A DNA stretch of 64,000 bases from Desulfatiglandales bacterium (GCA_963662465.1 OY759599.1:3264001-3328000); one strand, 5' to 3'. Counted from the stretch's first letter, positions 18,724-29,457 are shown. Notes: generated from the letters alone by a model not told the origin. A program made the numbers and translations.

Positions 18724-20493
18724 ATGACCGATCAAACCAAAATAAGAGTAAATCCGGCTGATTTTTCAGTCTTGACGTCCGCAGTATTCACCATTGCCCG
18801 TGAAATGGGCGTCAACATGGAGCGAACCGCCAGAGCCCCCATCTACTTCTCGGCCCATGACTTCTGTACATCCATTCTGAATACGGATGCGGAACTCATC
18901 GCCCTGGCCGAATATATCCCCGTCCTGGTGGGCGCCACCCCGTTTGCCGTCAGGGCCATCAAAACCTATTTCCAGGACGACATCAATCCCGATGACGTCT
19001 TTCTCGTCAATGATCCCTATACGCTGGATGGCGGGAACCAGATGGCGGACTGGTGCATTGTTTATCCGGTATTTCATGGGGACGAACACATCCTGTGGAT
19101 TGCCAACAAGGCCCATCAACAGGATACCGGAGGGGGCGCACCCGGCGGCTACAATCCCAATGCCATCGATGTGTATGCGGAAGGTCTCCGGATACCGCCG
19201 TTACGAATTCAACGAAAGGGCCGGGAGCGCAAAAGCGTCATCAACCTGGTTATGACCAATGTGCGGATTCCCGACGTGCAGTACAGTGATTTGCTTTCCC
19301 TCATCGGCGCGGCCAGAGTGGCCGGAAAACGCCTGAACACCCTCATTGACACCTACGGCATGAAAACATTCAAGATGTTTCTGGAAGACCTCCTCACTTA
19401 CGGAGAATTCCTCATGCGGGAAGAGATCACCAAAATACCCGATGGCGTCTACCACAGTGAAGTCAACGGCGATGCGGGCGCCCCCCCCATTGTGTGCCAT
19501 CTGACCATCAAGGGAGACAGCGTCATCGTGGATCTCAGCGACAGCGGCCCCATGAGCAAGGAATACATCAACAGCCCCATTGCCAACACCTACAGCGCCG
19601 TATATCAAGCCATGCTTCAGTCCGTGGGTAAAAAGCTTCAAGTTAGATGCGGCGGATGTTACCGGCCCATTGAAATCCGCACCAAGCCGGGAACCGTTAC
19701 CCATGCCACCTTTCCTGCCACTCACGGGAACTGCACCAATTTCGTGGCCAAACAGATCATTGAATCCGTCTGGGCAGCACTGGCCGAGGTAGCGCCCGAG
19801 GAAACCCCCGGGGGCTGGGGATCCATTCCCTACTGGGTATTCAGCGGCATTGACCCCAGGCGGGGGGAAGGTTACGGTTCCCCCGACTTCCTGTCCTGCG
19901 CGTCCGGCGCCGGCGCCATCTGGGGCACCCAGGGATGGTCCACAAACGGCCCGGTGATCTGCAGCGGCACCCTGTACTACCCCGAAATGGAAGTATGCGA
20001 AAGCCTCTATCCCATGTTCTGGCATCGGTGGGAATGGGCCCAAGACTCGGCGGGCGCGGGGAAATGGCGCGGCGGCATGGGAGTTCATAATGAATGGGTG
20101 GCCGATGCTGATCCTCAACCGGTCTTTTTGCACTATGCCGCGGACCCATTCGATTACGAACCGGCGCCTGCCATCGCCGGCGGAAAACTTCCCCCCAGAA
20201 ACCGAAAGGAACTCTATTTTGCCGATGGACGGGAAGTGAACAATGATGAAGTACGGGAGATCAAATCCTTTGTTCTAGCCAACGGAGACAGGGTTGTAGA
20301 TTTTGTGCAGGGCGGCTGCGGCGTGGGCGACCCCATGGATCGGGATGTGGCGGATGTGAGAAATGATGTCAGGGACGAGCTGGTATCATTTGAAAGCGCC
20401 ATAAATGACTACGGCGTGGCCATTGACCCCGAAACCCTGGAAGTGGATATAAAAAAGACGGAAGCATTGCGGAATGCGCACCGACAACCGTAA
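18724..20493 (+). CDS. hydantoinase B / oxoprolinase family subunit
   Basis: RTA..PI....DF, NDPY...G, AH..D.GG..PG, EGLRIPP, DSAGAGKWRGG, GCGVGDP motifs. Confidence 0.92.
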   Translation: MTDQTKIRVNPADFSVLTSAVFTIAREMGVNMERTARAPIYFSAHDFCTSILNTDAELIALAEYIPVLVGATPFAVRAIKTYFQDDINPDDVFLVNDPYTLDGGNQMADWCIVYPVFHGDEHILWIANKAHQQDTGGGAPGGYNPNAIDVYAEGLRIPPLRIQRKGRERKSVINLVMTNVRIPDVQYSDLLSLIGAARVAGKRLNTLIDTYGMKTFKMFLEDLLTYGEFLMREEITKIPDGVYHSEVNGDAGAPPIVCHLTIKGDSVIVDLSDSGPMSKEYINSPIANTYSAVYQAMLQSVGKKLQVRCGGCYRPIEIRTKPGTVTHATFPATHGNCTNFVAKQIIESVWAALAEVAPEETPGGWGSIPYWVFSGIDPRRGEGYGSPDFLSCASGAGAIWGTQGWSTNGPVICSGTLYYPEMEVCESLYPMFWHRWEWAQDSAGAGKWRGGMGVHNEWVADADPQPVFLHYAADPFDYEPAPAIAGGKLPPRNRKELYFADGREVNNDEVREIKSFVLANGDRVVDFVQGGCGVGDPMDRDVADVRNDVRDELVSFESAINDYGVAIDPETLEVDIKKTEALRNAHRQP

Positions 20494-20520
20494 ATAACGC
20501 TGAGACCAAGGAGGTCGAGT

Positions 20521-22113
20521 ATGTTAATTGGCGACGCTCTCAGAAGATCCGCCGGAAATTATCCGGACAAACTTGCCGTCAGGGACGATTATGGAAAATA
20601 TTTTCCCGTCGGAACAGGCTATACCTATCGAGAATTAAATGAAACCGTGAACCGTTTGGGCAATAACCTGCTGGCATTGGGGCTTCAAAAAGGCGATCGG
20701 GTGGCGGTGCAGACCGGCACGGGACTGGGGCCTATTCTTTCCCTGCTGGCCCTTGCCAAAGTAGGGATGGCCATCGCCCCCATCGACAGAACCTTCATGT
20801 CCGAGGAAATCGCCTACCAGGTGGGAGACAGCGGAGCGCGGGCGTTTATCGCCGATGCGGACCTCTTCACAAAGAAAATAGCGCCCATTCGGGACCGGCT
20901 CAAATCCGTGGACTTTTTTATCGGAATCGGAGATGAAAACCCCTGTGAATACAGTTTTGAGGAAATGATTGCCGAAGGGTCAACGGAAGAACCCCAAGTG
21001 GTTGTTGCCAAAGACGATATGGCCACCCTCATTTACACCAGCGGTACTACGGGGAAACCCAAGGGCGCCCCCATGACCCATGGGAAATGGAGTTTCAGCG
21101 CAACCGTTTGGGCCGCTGAACTGAACATCCATCCCTATACCCGATGGGCACTGCTCTTGCCGCTGCATACATCGGGCGGCACCGGTTTGACCTTAACCGC
21201 CGTCACGCGGGGTTGCACGCTGATCGTCAGCAATCCCGACGCAGCCAAGATTCTGGATATCATCCATAAAGACAAGATCACCTTTACCCAGTTCAGCCCC
21301 ACCCTCCTGGCCAATGTGATCCGCCATCCCAATGCCCGCAAAACCGATTTCTCTCACATTGAGCGCTGGTTCACGTCGGCTGCGCCCATCTCCGAAGAGT
21401 TGCTGAAAGAGGGGGCGTCATACCTGGGAGAAAAGTTCGTTCAGTTGTACGGCACCACGGAAACCGCCCTTCTGGGAACGGTTTTACGACCCGAGGAAGT
21501 CAGCGTCACCGGTCCACTGTCAAAACGGATGACCTCCATCGGAAAGGCCTGCCTGGGCTATCAAACCAAGGTGGTTGATTCGGATAACAACCCGGTTGGA
21601 CCTGGCGGTATCGGTGAACTGGCCATTAAAGGCGAAGCAGTTTGCGATGGCTACTGGAACAAACCGGACGCGGACGACTTCCGCGATGGGTGGTGGCATT
21701 CCGGGGATATGGTCAGCATTGATGAAGAGGGTTTTTATTATGTGGTGGACCGGAAAAAAGACATGATCGTCTCCGGCGGCCTGAACGTTTATCCCCGGGA
21801 GGTTGAGGATGTAATTTCTGCCCATGACGCCGTTCATCTGGTGTGCGTCATCGGCATCCCCGATAAAAAATGGGGGGAATCGGTTAAAGCGGTGGTGGTG
21901 CTCAAGGACAACGCTCAGTGTACAGAGGCAGAACTCATCGAATTCTGCGCGAAGCGCATCGCTTCCTATAAGAAACCAAAATCAGTGGATTTTGTCGGCA
22001 TCTCCGAAATGCCCATGACAGGCGGCGGCTACAAGCTGCTGCGGCGGGAATTGCGAGACCGATATCGCGAGCAAAGCGCCAAAACCGGTGGGAAGGCCTG
22101 GGGAGCGGTTTAG
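20521..22113 (+). CDS. acyl/aryl-CoA ligase (AMP-binding family)
   Basis: YTSGTTGKPKG, YGTTE, HSGD, DRKKDMIVSGGLNVYPREVE. Confidence 0.93.
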   Translation: MLIGDALRRSAGNYPDKLAVRDDYGKYFPVGTGYTYRELNETVNRLGNNLLALGLQKGDRVAVQTGTGLGPILSLLALAKVGMAIAPIDRTFMSEEIAYQVGDSGARAFIADADLFTKKIAPIRDRLKSVDFFIGIGDENPCEYSFEEMIAEGSTEEPQVVVAKDDMATLIYTSGTTGKPKGAPMTHGKWSFSATVWAAELNIHPYTRWALLLPLHTSGGTGLTLTAVTRGCTLIVSNPDAAKILDIIHKDKITFTQFSPTLLANVIRHPNARKTDFSHIERWFTSAAPISEELLKEGASYLGEKFVQLYGTTETALLGTVLRPEEVSVTGPLSKRMTSIGKACLGYQTKVVDSDNNPVGPGGIGELAIKGEAVCDGYWNKPDADDFRDGWWHSGDMVSIDEEGFYYVVDRKKDMIVSGGLNVYPREVEDVISAHDAVHLVCVIGIPDKKWGESVKAVVVLKDNAQCTEAELIEFCAKRIASYKKPKSVDFVGISEMPMTGGGYKLLRRELRDRYREQSAKTGGKAWGAV

Positions 22114-22138
22114 ATGGCATCAAATTGAGGAGAAAAAA

Positions 22139-23287
22139 ATGGATTTCGCATTATCATCGGAACAAAAAGATATTCGTCAGGCAGCCAGGGAGTTTGCACT
22201 GGGAGAATTGAAAGACATCGCGGGGACTTGCGATCAGAATGAAACCTATCCCCCCGAACTCATTAAAAAAGCGGGGGAACTGGGCTTCTTAGGCGTCTTC
22301 ATCGATGAAGCTTACGGCGGCGCGGGACTCGGGTTTCTGGAACATGCCATTATCCTGGAAGAATTCTGGCGGGTGGATCCCGGTTTGGGGCAACAGTTGT
22401 GTTCGGTATCCTTTGGCGCGGAGGAATTCCTGCTTTTCGGCACAGAAGAACAAAAACAGAAATTTCTCCCTCCTGTTGCCGAAGGCAAATCCATCATGGG
22501 ATTTGCCATTACGGAACCGGATGCCGGCAGCGATACCCTTTCCGCCGCCACCACTGCCGTACTCGATGGCGATGAATACCGGATCAACGGCAGCAAGGTC
22601 ATGATCGGAAACGGCTCCGAGGGAGATTTTATCCTGATATTCTGTTTGACGGACCCGGAGGAAAAAAAGAGATCCGGACGGCACAGCATTATCGTGGTTG
22701 AAACGGATCGGCCCGGATATGAAGCGGATCCATTGCACGGAAAGATGGGCCTTCGCGCATCCAATACCGCCAACATCTTCCTTTCCGATGTCCGGGTGCC
22801 AAAAGAAAACCTGGTAGGAAAACGGGGCAACGGCTTTGCCCAGCTCATGGCCTTTTTTGACCGTTCCCGCGCCTATGTGGCGGCCCATGGGGTGGGACTT
22901 GCGCAAGGTGCCCTGGATCAGGCCCTGACTCACATTCGCAGCCGGGAACAGTTCGGCCGGAAAATCGGTTCATTTCAATCCACCCAGTTCAAAATCGCCG
23001 AAATGGCCACCAAGGTAGAACTGGCCAGAACCATCACCCATAAAGCCTGCACCCTTTTGGATCAGGGAAAGGGCAATACGGACACAACCGCCATGGCCAA
23101 GATGTTCTCAGGTCGAACAGCAGTAGAAGTGGTGGATGAAGCCTTGCAGCTTCACGGCGGCTATGGTTACTTCAACGATCAGGACATCGAGCGATTCTAT
23201 CGGGCCGCCAAGGTCCTGGAAATTTACGAAGGGGCCAAGGAAGTGGAAAAAATGATCATCGGCAGGAACGTTATCGGGAAGCTTTAA
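22139..23287 (+). CDS. acyl-CoA dehydrogenase
   Basis: FAITEPDAGSD, KMGLRAS, REQFGRKI, LQLHGGYGY, IYEG. Confidence 0.95.
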   Translation: MDFALSSEQKDIRQAAREFALGELKDIAGTCDQNETYPPELIKKAGELGFLGVFIDEAYGGAGLGFLEHAIILEEFWRVDPGLGQQLCSVSFGAEEFLLFGTEEQKQKFLPPVAEGKSIMGFAITEPDAGSDTLSAATTAVLDGDEYRINGSKVMIGNGSEGDFILIFCLTDPEEKKRSGRHSIIVVETDRPGYEADPLHGKMGLRASNTANIFLSDVRVPKENLVGKRGNGFAQLMAFFDRSRAYVAAHGVGLAQGALDQALTHIRSREQFGRKIGSFQSTQFKIAEMATKVELARTITHKACTLLDQGKGNTDTTAMAKMFSGRTAVEVVDEALQLHGGYGYFNDQDIERFYRAAKVLEIYEGAKEVEKMIIGRNVIGKL

Positions 23288-23297
23288 GCTGAATCGG

Positions 23298-23329
23298 CGC
23301 GATCAACCCCAACTCAGGGGTTGATCGCG
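23298..23329 (+). terminator. hairpin, probable terminator
   Basis: CGCGATCAACCCC-AACTCA-GGGGTTGATCGCG, perfect 13-bp stem after the acyl-CoA dehydrogenase. Confidence 0.7.
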
Positions 23330-23689
23330 TTATCACGTTACAAATTCATTGTTTTTCTGATCTCTGCCCCCCCTCAACCTCAGAAATTCCCTATTCCCTA
23401 ATCTATTTTACTTGACTTTGTTTCCATTCCAAGTATCATCCTTAATATGCTGCTGTTCAATCCATGCAAACCCTGAACGATTCGCCGAAGGTTTTCATAT
23501 GGAGCATCCCCTTAAAACCTGTCTGTTCCGCTCCCGGCATGCCTGCCTTTTCCGCCGGGAGCGAAAATCTTTATCAAAGGTTCTGAAAAACGGATAAGCC
23601 GGTAAGGTTAGATGTTTAACTGCCGACTTTGCAGGTCGGTTACGGGATTGATGAGCGAACACATCAGGGCATATCGAATGGAAACAACT

Positions 23690-24685
23690 TCACAAAAGCC
23701 CATCCAAAGGGCTTCGAACTACCGAAATGTCCTTTTCCATTACGTGGGTGTAGATCTCGGTGGTCTTCACATCCGCATGGCCCAACAATTCCTGAACCAC
23801 CCGAATGTTCACCCCGTTTTCAAGCAAATGCGTTGCAAAAGAATGGCGAAAGGTATGACAACCGACGGGTTTTGTAAGCCCCGCCTTTCCAACGGCGGCC
23901 TTCACGGCTTTTTGGAGCCCGGATTCAAGCACATGATGCCGCATTGTTTTACCTGATCGGGGATCCGTGCTGCGTTTTTTTGAGGGAAACACGTATTGCC
24001 AACCCAGGGATTTGGCGGCATTAGGGTATTTGCGAGCAAGGGCGTTCGGAAGATAAACGTCCCCATATCCATCCGCCAGGTCCCGCAGATGAAGATTTTC
24101 AGCCACTTCAACCTGATTTTTCATGAGGGAGTGGAGGGATTCCGGGAAAAGGGTGGTACGGTCCTTACCGCCCTTTGCGGCTCGAACGTAAATCAGCCTG
24201 CGTTCAAAATCAAGATCGCGAATACGCAAGCGGATGCACTCCATTAACCGCAGGCCGCTGCCATACAGGATTTTGGCCATGAGGAGATGTAACCCCTGCA
24301 TGTGTTCCAAAACAATGGAAACCTCCCGTTGGCTCATGACGACCGGGGGGCGGGAGCGTCTTTTGGCGCGGACAGGGTCAAGATCTTCGTCAACCGGAAT
24401 ATCAAGGACTCTTTTGTATAGGAAAATAATCGCATTGAGGGCTTGGCGCTGGGTGGAAGCGGCAACGTGTTGTTGGACCGCCAAATGGGACAGAAAGGTT
24501 TCAATTTCCTTCTTTCCCATATTCCGAGGATGGGTATTGCTCCCATGGTACCTGATATAGCGCATGATCCAATCGCAATAAGTTTGTTCGGTGCGATAGG
24601 CGTAGTGGTGATAGCGTAGAACCTGTCGAACCTGATCCATAAGACGAAGCTTGGGATCCGGTCGGAATTTTTTCGATTTTTCCAT
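23690..24685 (-). CDS. intI: integron integrase
   Basis: Tyrosine recombinase motifs [35 protein letters not shown] plus the IntI-specific insertion [14 protein letters not shown]....WQYVFPS; divergent from the array. Confidence 0.96.
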   Translation of the reverse strand: MEKSKKFRPDPKLRLMDQVRQVLRYHHYAYRTEQTYCDWIMRYIRYHGSNTHPRNMGKKEIETFLSHLAVQQHVAASTQRQALNAIIFLYKRVLDIPVDEDLDPVRAKRRSRPPVVMSQREVSIVLEHMQGLHLLMAKILYGSGLRLMECIRLRIRDLDFERRLIYVRAAKGGKDRTTLFPESLHSLMKNQVEVAENLHLRDLADGYGDVYLPNALARKYPNAAKSLGWQYVFPSKKRSTDPRSGKTMRHHVLESGLQKAVKAAVGKAGLTKPVGCHTFRHSFATHLLENGVNIRVVQELLGHADVKTTEIYTHVMEKDISVVRSPLDGLL

Positions 24686-24757
24686 GCTATTGATGATATT
24701 ATTCAATAGATGGAAAAGTCAATAGGGTTTTTTCTATGTTTTGGGCTTTAATATCAC

Positions 24758-24828
24758 AATAGATGGAATTTTTTCCATGCTATAGAGGTAATAGGTAGAA
24801 AATTTTCCACCTATTGGGACTGTTGGAC
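24758..24828 (+). other. putative attI site (crossover G|TT at 24822/24823)
   Basis: GTTGGAC (24822-24828) is the exact reverse complement of the first attC inverse core GTCCAAC (26307-26313); preceded by imperfect palindromes. Confidence 0.65.
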
Positions 24829-24865
24829 AGACCCGCTGGACAGCGGGGGAACTTAACGTCGAAAA

Positions 24866-26065
24866 TTGGTAGAAATAGGTGAAATCGCAGTGGAAACGAC
24901 GATTCAGGGCATCTTTCTTCTTGGCTATGCCCTCTATAATCAGACGCATTGTCTTCCGGAACATATTCGTGAGGCGGCTCATCGTCTGATGTCCTGCCGC
25001 ACGTCCATTCTGGGGGGGCACGTCCAGGCATGTCCGGATGGTCACTTCCAGAGGGTCTGGTATAACTCGTGTAAACACCGTATGTGCCCACTCTGCGCCT
25101 TCACCCAGGTTGAGCGGTGGCTGGCGAAACAAAAGGCCCGACTCCTGAGTGCCGAGCATTTCCACGTTATTTTCACCATCTCCGATGAATTGCATGACTT
25201 ATGGCGGCTGAACCGTAAAGTCATGGCTAATCTGCTGTTCAAAAGCGCGACCGAGACCCTTTCCGAACTCCTTGGAGACCCGAAGCATTTGGGGGCCAAA
25301 GTCGGCATCATTGCCTCGTTGCATACCTGGAGCCGAAAATTGGATTTTCATCCCCATTTGCATTGTTTGGTGACGGCCGGTGGTCTGTCCGCCGGCGAGT
25401 GGATTGCTTCATCAAAAACGTTTCTTCTGCCGTTTGGCATTGTCCGGGCGGTTTTTCGAGGAAAATATCTCCACTATTTGAGAAAAGCCCTTGCCCGTGA
25501 AGAACTGATTCTGCCCGAAGGCATGGGACCGCAGCAGGCGCGAAACCTGTTTAATAAGTTGGGGCGCCGTAAGAAGTGGAACGTTAAACTCAAGGAGACC
25601 TATTCATACGGAGAAGGGGTCTTAATTTACCTGGCCCGGTATCTGAGAGGCGGACCGATCTCAAATAAACGCATCTTCCGCATTGAAAACGGAAACGTCA
25701 CCTTCAATTACGGTCGTGAGCGGGTAAGACTCATTACCTTGCCGATTCAAACCTTTATCGGCCGCTACCTGCAACACGTTCCCCTGGCGAATTCCATGAT
25801 GGTGCGTTCATACGGCCTTTACCATCACAACGCAAAAAAAGAACTGGCACGCTGCCGGGAAATACTGGGACAACCGGCACTTGAAGATACGGAATTTCTG
25901 GACTGGCAGAGTCTGTGGCAGCAGCGAAGCGACGAGCAACCGGATTGTTGCCCAGTTTGCGGGAAACGTCTTATTACGTTGAAAATAGTTGCACCGGTAA
26001 GAAAGTCAAAAAGTCTTCCGAGGTTCAATAAGGACCCGGATACGGTATATGCACAGGCAGCGTAA
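24866..26065 (+). CDS. IS91-family (HUH/Y2) transposase within the first cassette
   Basis: YNSCKHRMCPLC zinc motif, HVIFT, LHTW..KLDFHPHLH, YLARY, R.YGL. Confidence 0.9.
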   Translation: MVEIGEIAVETTIQGIFLLGYALYNQTHCLPEHIREAAHRLMSCRTSILGGHVQACPDGHFQRVWYNSCKHRMCPLCAFTQVERWLAKQKARLLSAEHFHVIFTISDELHDLWRLNRKVMANLLFKSATETLSELLGDPKHLGAKVGIIASLHTWSRKLDFHPHLHCLVTAGGLSAGEWIASSKTFLLPFGIVRAVFRGKYLHYLRKALAREELILPEGMGPQQARNLFNKLGRRKKWNVKLKETYSYGEGVLIYLARYLRGGPISNKRIFRIENGNVTFNYGRERVRLITLPIQTFIGRYLQHVPLANSMMVRSYGLYHHNAKKELARCREILGQPALEDTEFLDWQSLWQQRSDEQPDCCPVCGKRLITLKIVAPVRKSKSLPRFNKDPDTVYAQAA

Positions 26066-26306
26066 AACGATAATAAACATGAGCATATTCAAAAAGGCAC
26101 TTGAATGGCGAGGCGTTTGGTAAAGGGATAAATAACGCGATATTTCAGGGTTTTTGACGGATCATGCAATTGAAAGCAGGAATTTTATCATCCTTAACCG
26201 GCCATGACGGGTTAAAAAGAGGTCACGCGACAGCTGAGAAGCTCCCTTAATCTCCATAGCCGATCTCCTGCTTCCGGCAAAGTATGTGCTGATGACCCGC
26301 GGCTCT

Positions 26307-26437
26307 GTCCAACACCCCGTTGAACTGGAAAACTGGTATTGGGAGATAAACCGAAATGCGTTGGTTCCTACGAAGTCACCAGCTGGAATGATAATATATT
26401 TTTTTGAACCCGTTTTCCAGTTAACTAAACGTTATGT
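26307..26437 (+). repeat. attC site
   Basis: GTCCAAC ... GTTGAACTGGAAAAC / GTTTTCCAGTTAAC ... GTTATGT. Confidence 0.8.
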
Positions 26438-26456
26438 TTTAGAAAAGAGGCCTGTT

Positions 26457-27089
26457 TTGAAATTCCGTTTTGATGTAATTCTCATTTTGATCTTCTTTGC
26501 TCCAATAAATAGTGTAACAATTACATCTGATACTGGTATGACAATTTTCAGCTCTGAAAAAATCATTGATGCAGGATTTCATACACGGACCTATGCACGT
26601 TGGGAGTTCGGAGTAAATGATTCAAAATTCATTATATCAGGCTACACATATATTTCACGAACTGACTCTTTTTTTACTAATAAGTTAAGTGAATGGCGAA
26701 CACCTTTGGACATATCAATAATTCATTTATTTAAAAAAGCACTGTTAAAAGGCTTAGAATGGGACACTGTTGCTAAAAGCAACAATGTGGAGAACTATTC
26801 TAAGGAAATAGACAGCCTTGGCTACAACTTCAATATAATTTTTAAGGTCGATAACAACAAAAGCTATATACATGTTATAAGAAATGAATGGCCATATCCC
26901 CTAATCTTGGAGTGTGTAGATAACTATGACTTCATTAAAAATGCTCAACAATTGATATCTGCTATAGATAGTTTCCCAGATAAATACGAAAAATACAGAT
27001 CTCAAAAGGCGTTGGCAGTGCGTGAAAAGCAAAAAGGAATAAACACTATACAAGAAGAAAAAAAAAGTGTTGATGCTCTATTTGAATAG
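26457..27089 (+). CDS. cassette hypothetical protein
   Basis: AT-rich ORF between two attC; TTG start after AGAGG. Confidence 0.7.
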   Translation: MKFRFDVILILIFFAPINSVTITSDTGMTIFSSEKIIDAGFHTRTYARWEFGVNDSKFIISGYTYISRTDSFFTNKLSEWRTPLDISIIHLFKKALLKGLEWDTVAKSNNVENYSKEIDSLGYNFNIIFKVDNNKSYIHVIRNEWPYPLILECVDNYDFIKNAQQLISAIDSFPDKYEKYRSQKALAVREKQKGINTIQEEKKSVDALFE

Positions 27090-27096
27090 TTGATTA

Positions 27097-27220
27097 CATA
27101 AACTTGCAGTACAGAGGGATAGCAAGGGCGGGCAACTATTGAAAATAGAGGTTTAGCAAAAGACGAATCATTTATGAAGGTCAGTAGAAGCCCTTGCTAC
27201 TCCTGACCGTAGTGTTATGC
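27097..27220 (+). repeat. attC site
   Basis: CATAAAC ... CAGAGGGATAGCAAGGG / CCCTTGCTACTCCTG ... GTTATGC. Confidence 0.7.
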
Positions 27221-27437
27221 CACCCCAACAAGAAGGCAGAAGATGAAGGGAAACCTCTGGAATCGACTGTGTATAAAGAAGTACTCCACGGCGTTTTTGG
27301 TGAACTAACGATCGAGAAGGTGCAACTTTCCAAAAAAGCACTTCAGCGAAGGTCGGAGCAGACTTTTTAAGGGTACTGTTTGTATATAGAAAAGCAAAAG
27401 CAGCACAATGATCATTCGATAATATATCAAAGCAAAA

Positions 27438-28427
27438 ATGGAGCTTACCATGCATTCTGTGATTCTTATTATGGTTGTTTCACTGGTTTTTGTAATTCCA
27501 TCAGAATCTTTTGCGCGGTTCTATAAATGGGTTGATGGAAATGGAAAGGTTCACATTTCAGACAGAGAACCGACCAGACCTGAGAAAGAAATGAATCAAA
27601 GAGAAGCAGAAGATGTAGCGCAAAATTCGAACTTCGATTTCAGAAAAACAAACTGGGGTATATCTAAATACGAAGTTCTTCAAAGTGAGGGTAATAAAGA
27701 CTTTAGAAATAGTGAGTATACTGATTTTGATGAGGAGATCATATGTGAAACCAAAGCTTTCGGAAAAACATGTGTTTTATGTTACGAATTTCTCAAAAAC
27801 AAACTTGTATGCGCAAAATACGCTTTCCTTGGTGATAAGAAAAGAGGAGATATTTCCGTTACCGATTTCGTATATTTTGAGAGACAACTTAGAAAAAAAT
27901 ATGGGGAGCCAAAGGCAGAAAAAACTGATACTTTGCCATACAAAGTGAGTTGGGAAACTGACGCTACAGATATCCAGATTATTTACCGTAAGAATTCAAT
28001 CCCTGGTGTTGATTATCACTGCTGCAATATTGAGTTTAAAAGCAAAAAATTAAAACCTCTTATGGAAAAAAAGTATGCGGAGAATAAAGCGAAACAGCAA
28101 CAAGAATTTGAAAAAATGTTCTCTGAATTTCAGAAAAAAAATAAAGTATCAAATACAGAATACAATGGTGATTTCTCCGATGCAACCAATGTTATAAGAA
28201 ATGACTGTGCAAACAAATGGCAAAATGATTTTAGAATGCAGGAATATTGTATCCAGAAACAGGAAGACGCGCTTATCGCTTTGAAAAAGGGTAAACCAAA
28301 CGATATTCCTTCTGATGTGTTCGCAAAAATAAGATCCGAATGTAAATCTAAATGGGGAAACGATTTTCGAATGAGAGAACATTGTGAAAAGAAACAATGT
28401 TCAGCTTGGCGAAGGCTGAACCATTAG
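27438..28427 (+). CDS. DUF4124-domain secreted protein
   Basis: Signal peptide then FYKWVDGNGKVHISD; C-terminal duplicated C..KW.NDFRM...C..KQ. Confidence 0.75.
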   Translation: MELTMHSVILIMVVSLVFVIPSESFARFYKWVDGNGKVHISDREPTRPEKEMNQREAEDVAQNSNFDFRKTNWGISKYEVLQSEGNKDFRNSEYTDFDEEIICETKAFGKTCVLCYEFLKNKLVCAKYAFLGDKKRGDISVTDFVYFERQLRKKYGEPKAEKTDTLPYKVSWETDATDIQIIYRKNSIPGVDYHCCNIEFKSKKLKPLMEKKYAENKAKQQQEFEKMFSEFQKKNKVSNTEYNGDFSDATNVIRNDCANKWQNDFRMQEYCIQKQEDALIALKKGKPNDIPSDVFAKIRSECKSKWGNDFRMREHCEKKQCSAWRRLNH

Positions 28428-28474
28428 ATTGTTGGATAGCAATTACCAAAAATATTTTTTTAGGGGGTTACCTT

Positions 28475-28789
28475 ATGGCTTTCTGGAGTGATTTTCTCTC
28501 TAAACTGAAACTTTTTGATTTCCAAACTTCTCTCAAAACGGATCAGGCTGGAGCTGTAAATGTTAAGGTTCATAACAATACTTATCACTTACACTATCAT
28601 GATATTCAAGCAGTAGAGAAATTTAAAGCAGCAGCAATAACACCAGATTTTGAACAAGCTGTAAAAGAAGAGGTTGATAGGAAACTGCAACCCTTGAATT
28701 ACATCCTTAGCACACTTTCGCAAGCAGTATCGGGCGAGGTTGTTTTGGCATCAACGCTGGAATCAGCAATAGAAAACATCAAAATGTAA
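28475..28789 (+). CDS. hypothetical protein
   Basis: ORF with AGGGGG RBS in the array. Confidence 0.55.
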   Translation: MAFWSDFLSKLKLFDFQTSLKTDQAGAVNVKVHNNTYHLHYHDIQAVEKFKAAAITPDFEQAVKEEVDRKLQPLNYILSTLSQAVSGEVVLASTLESAIENIKM

Positions 28790-28904
28790 ACTTGGGATGA
28801 ATGAGAATGTGAGGCAAACAAATAGCCTTGTTTATGTAAGTGAATGCAAAAAATAAGTTTATAAGTGCTTGCTAAAGTTGATAGATAACAAAGGAGGAAT
28901 TAAT

Positions 28905-29342
28905 ATGAAACATGCAAATGTTTTGGTAATGATTTTATTTAGCATTATCTTCTTGAATGCGAACGTTTGTAATGCAGATGACATATCGTCAATTAGCAAA
29001 TTGGAATTATATGAAGAAAATACAGACTCAAAACCAGAGATGGATTCACTGAAAATATATGTCATATTTGGGGACAAACATGCTAAAAGAATTAACCCCC
29101 TTGATGGGATCACTATGGATTATACCTGCAAAATTTACAGTTATGAGGGCGGTAAAAAAGGAAACAAAATAAATGAAGATAGAGGTAAGTTGATTTCTGA
29201 AAGAGGATTTACATCGTTTGTAATAAAAATGCCACGCATAGCAGAAAAAAAGAGAGTGTTAGCAGATGTTACTGTTAAACTGCCAGATGGAAGAACCGTG
29301 CAGGGAAAAAGAAGTGATACCTTCGATCCAGAGAAATATTGA
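28905..29342 (+). CDS. hypothetical secreted protein
   Basis: AGGAGG RBS, signal peptide; weakly similar to 29642-30076. Confidence 0.7.
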   Translation: MKHANVLVMILFSIIFLNANVCNADDISSISKLELYEENTDSKPEMDSLKIYVIFGDKHAKRINPLDGITMDYTCKIYSYEGGKKGNKINEDRGKLISERGFTSFVIKMPRIAEKKRVLADVTVKLPDGRTVQGKRSDTFDPEKY

Positions 29343-29405
29343 TTTGCTGAAACAGGTATGTTTCAAAATTTCCTAATTGTGACGAGGCTTAATTGGAGTA
29401 TTCAT

Positions 29406-29457
29406 ACATAACCCAGCGCTGCACCAGATGTCTGATAGTGAGGCGGTCCTGGCGGGG
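29406..29457 (+). repeat. truncated attC (left half only)
   Basis: ACATAACCCAGCGCTGCACCAGATGTCTGATAGTGAGGCGGTCCTGGCGGGG matches the left half of the 86-bp attC family; no right half/GTT follows. Confidence 0.7.

Noticed and set aside
26286..26456. N-terminal extension of the 267-aa ORF
   Set aside because: It runs through the attC; the gene most likely starts after the crossover.
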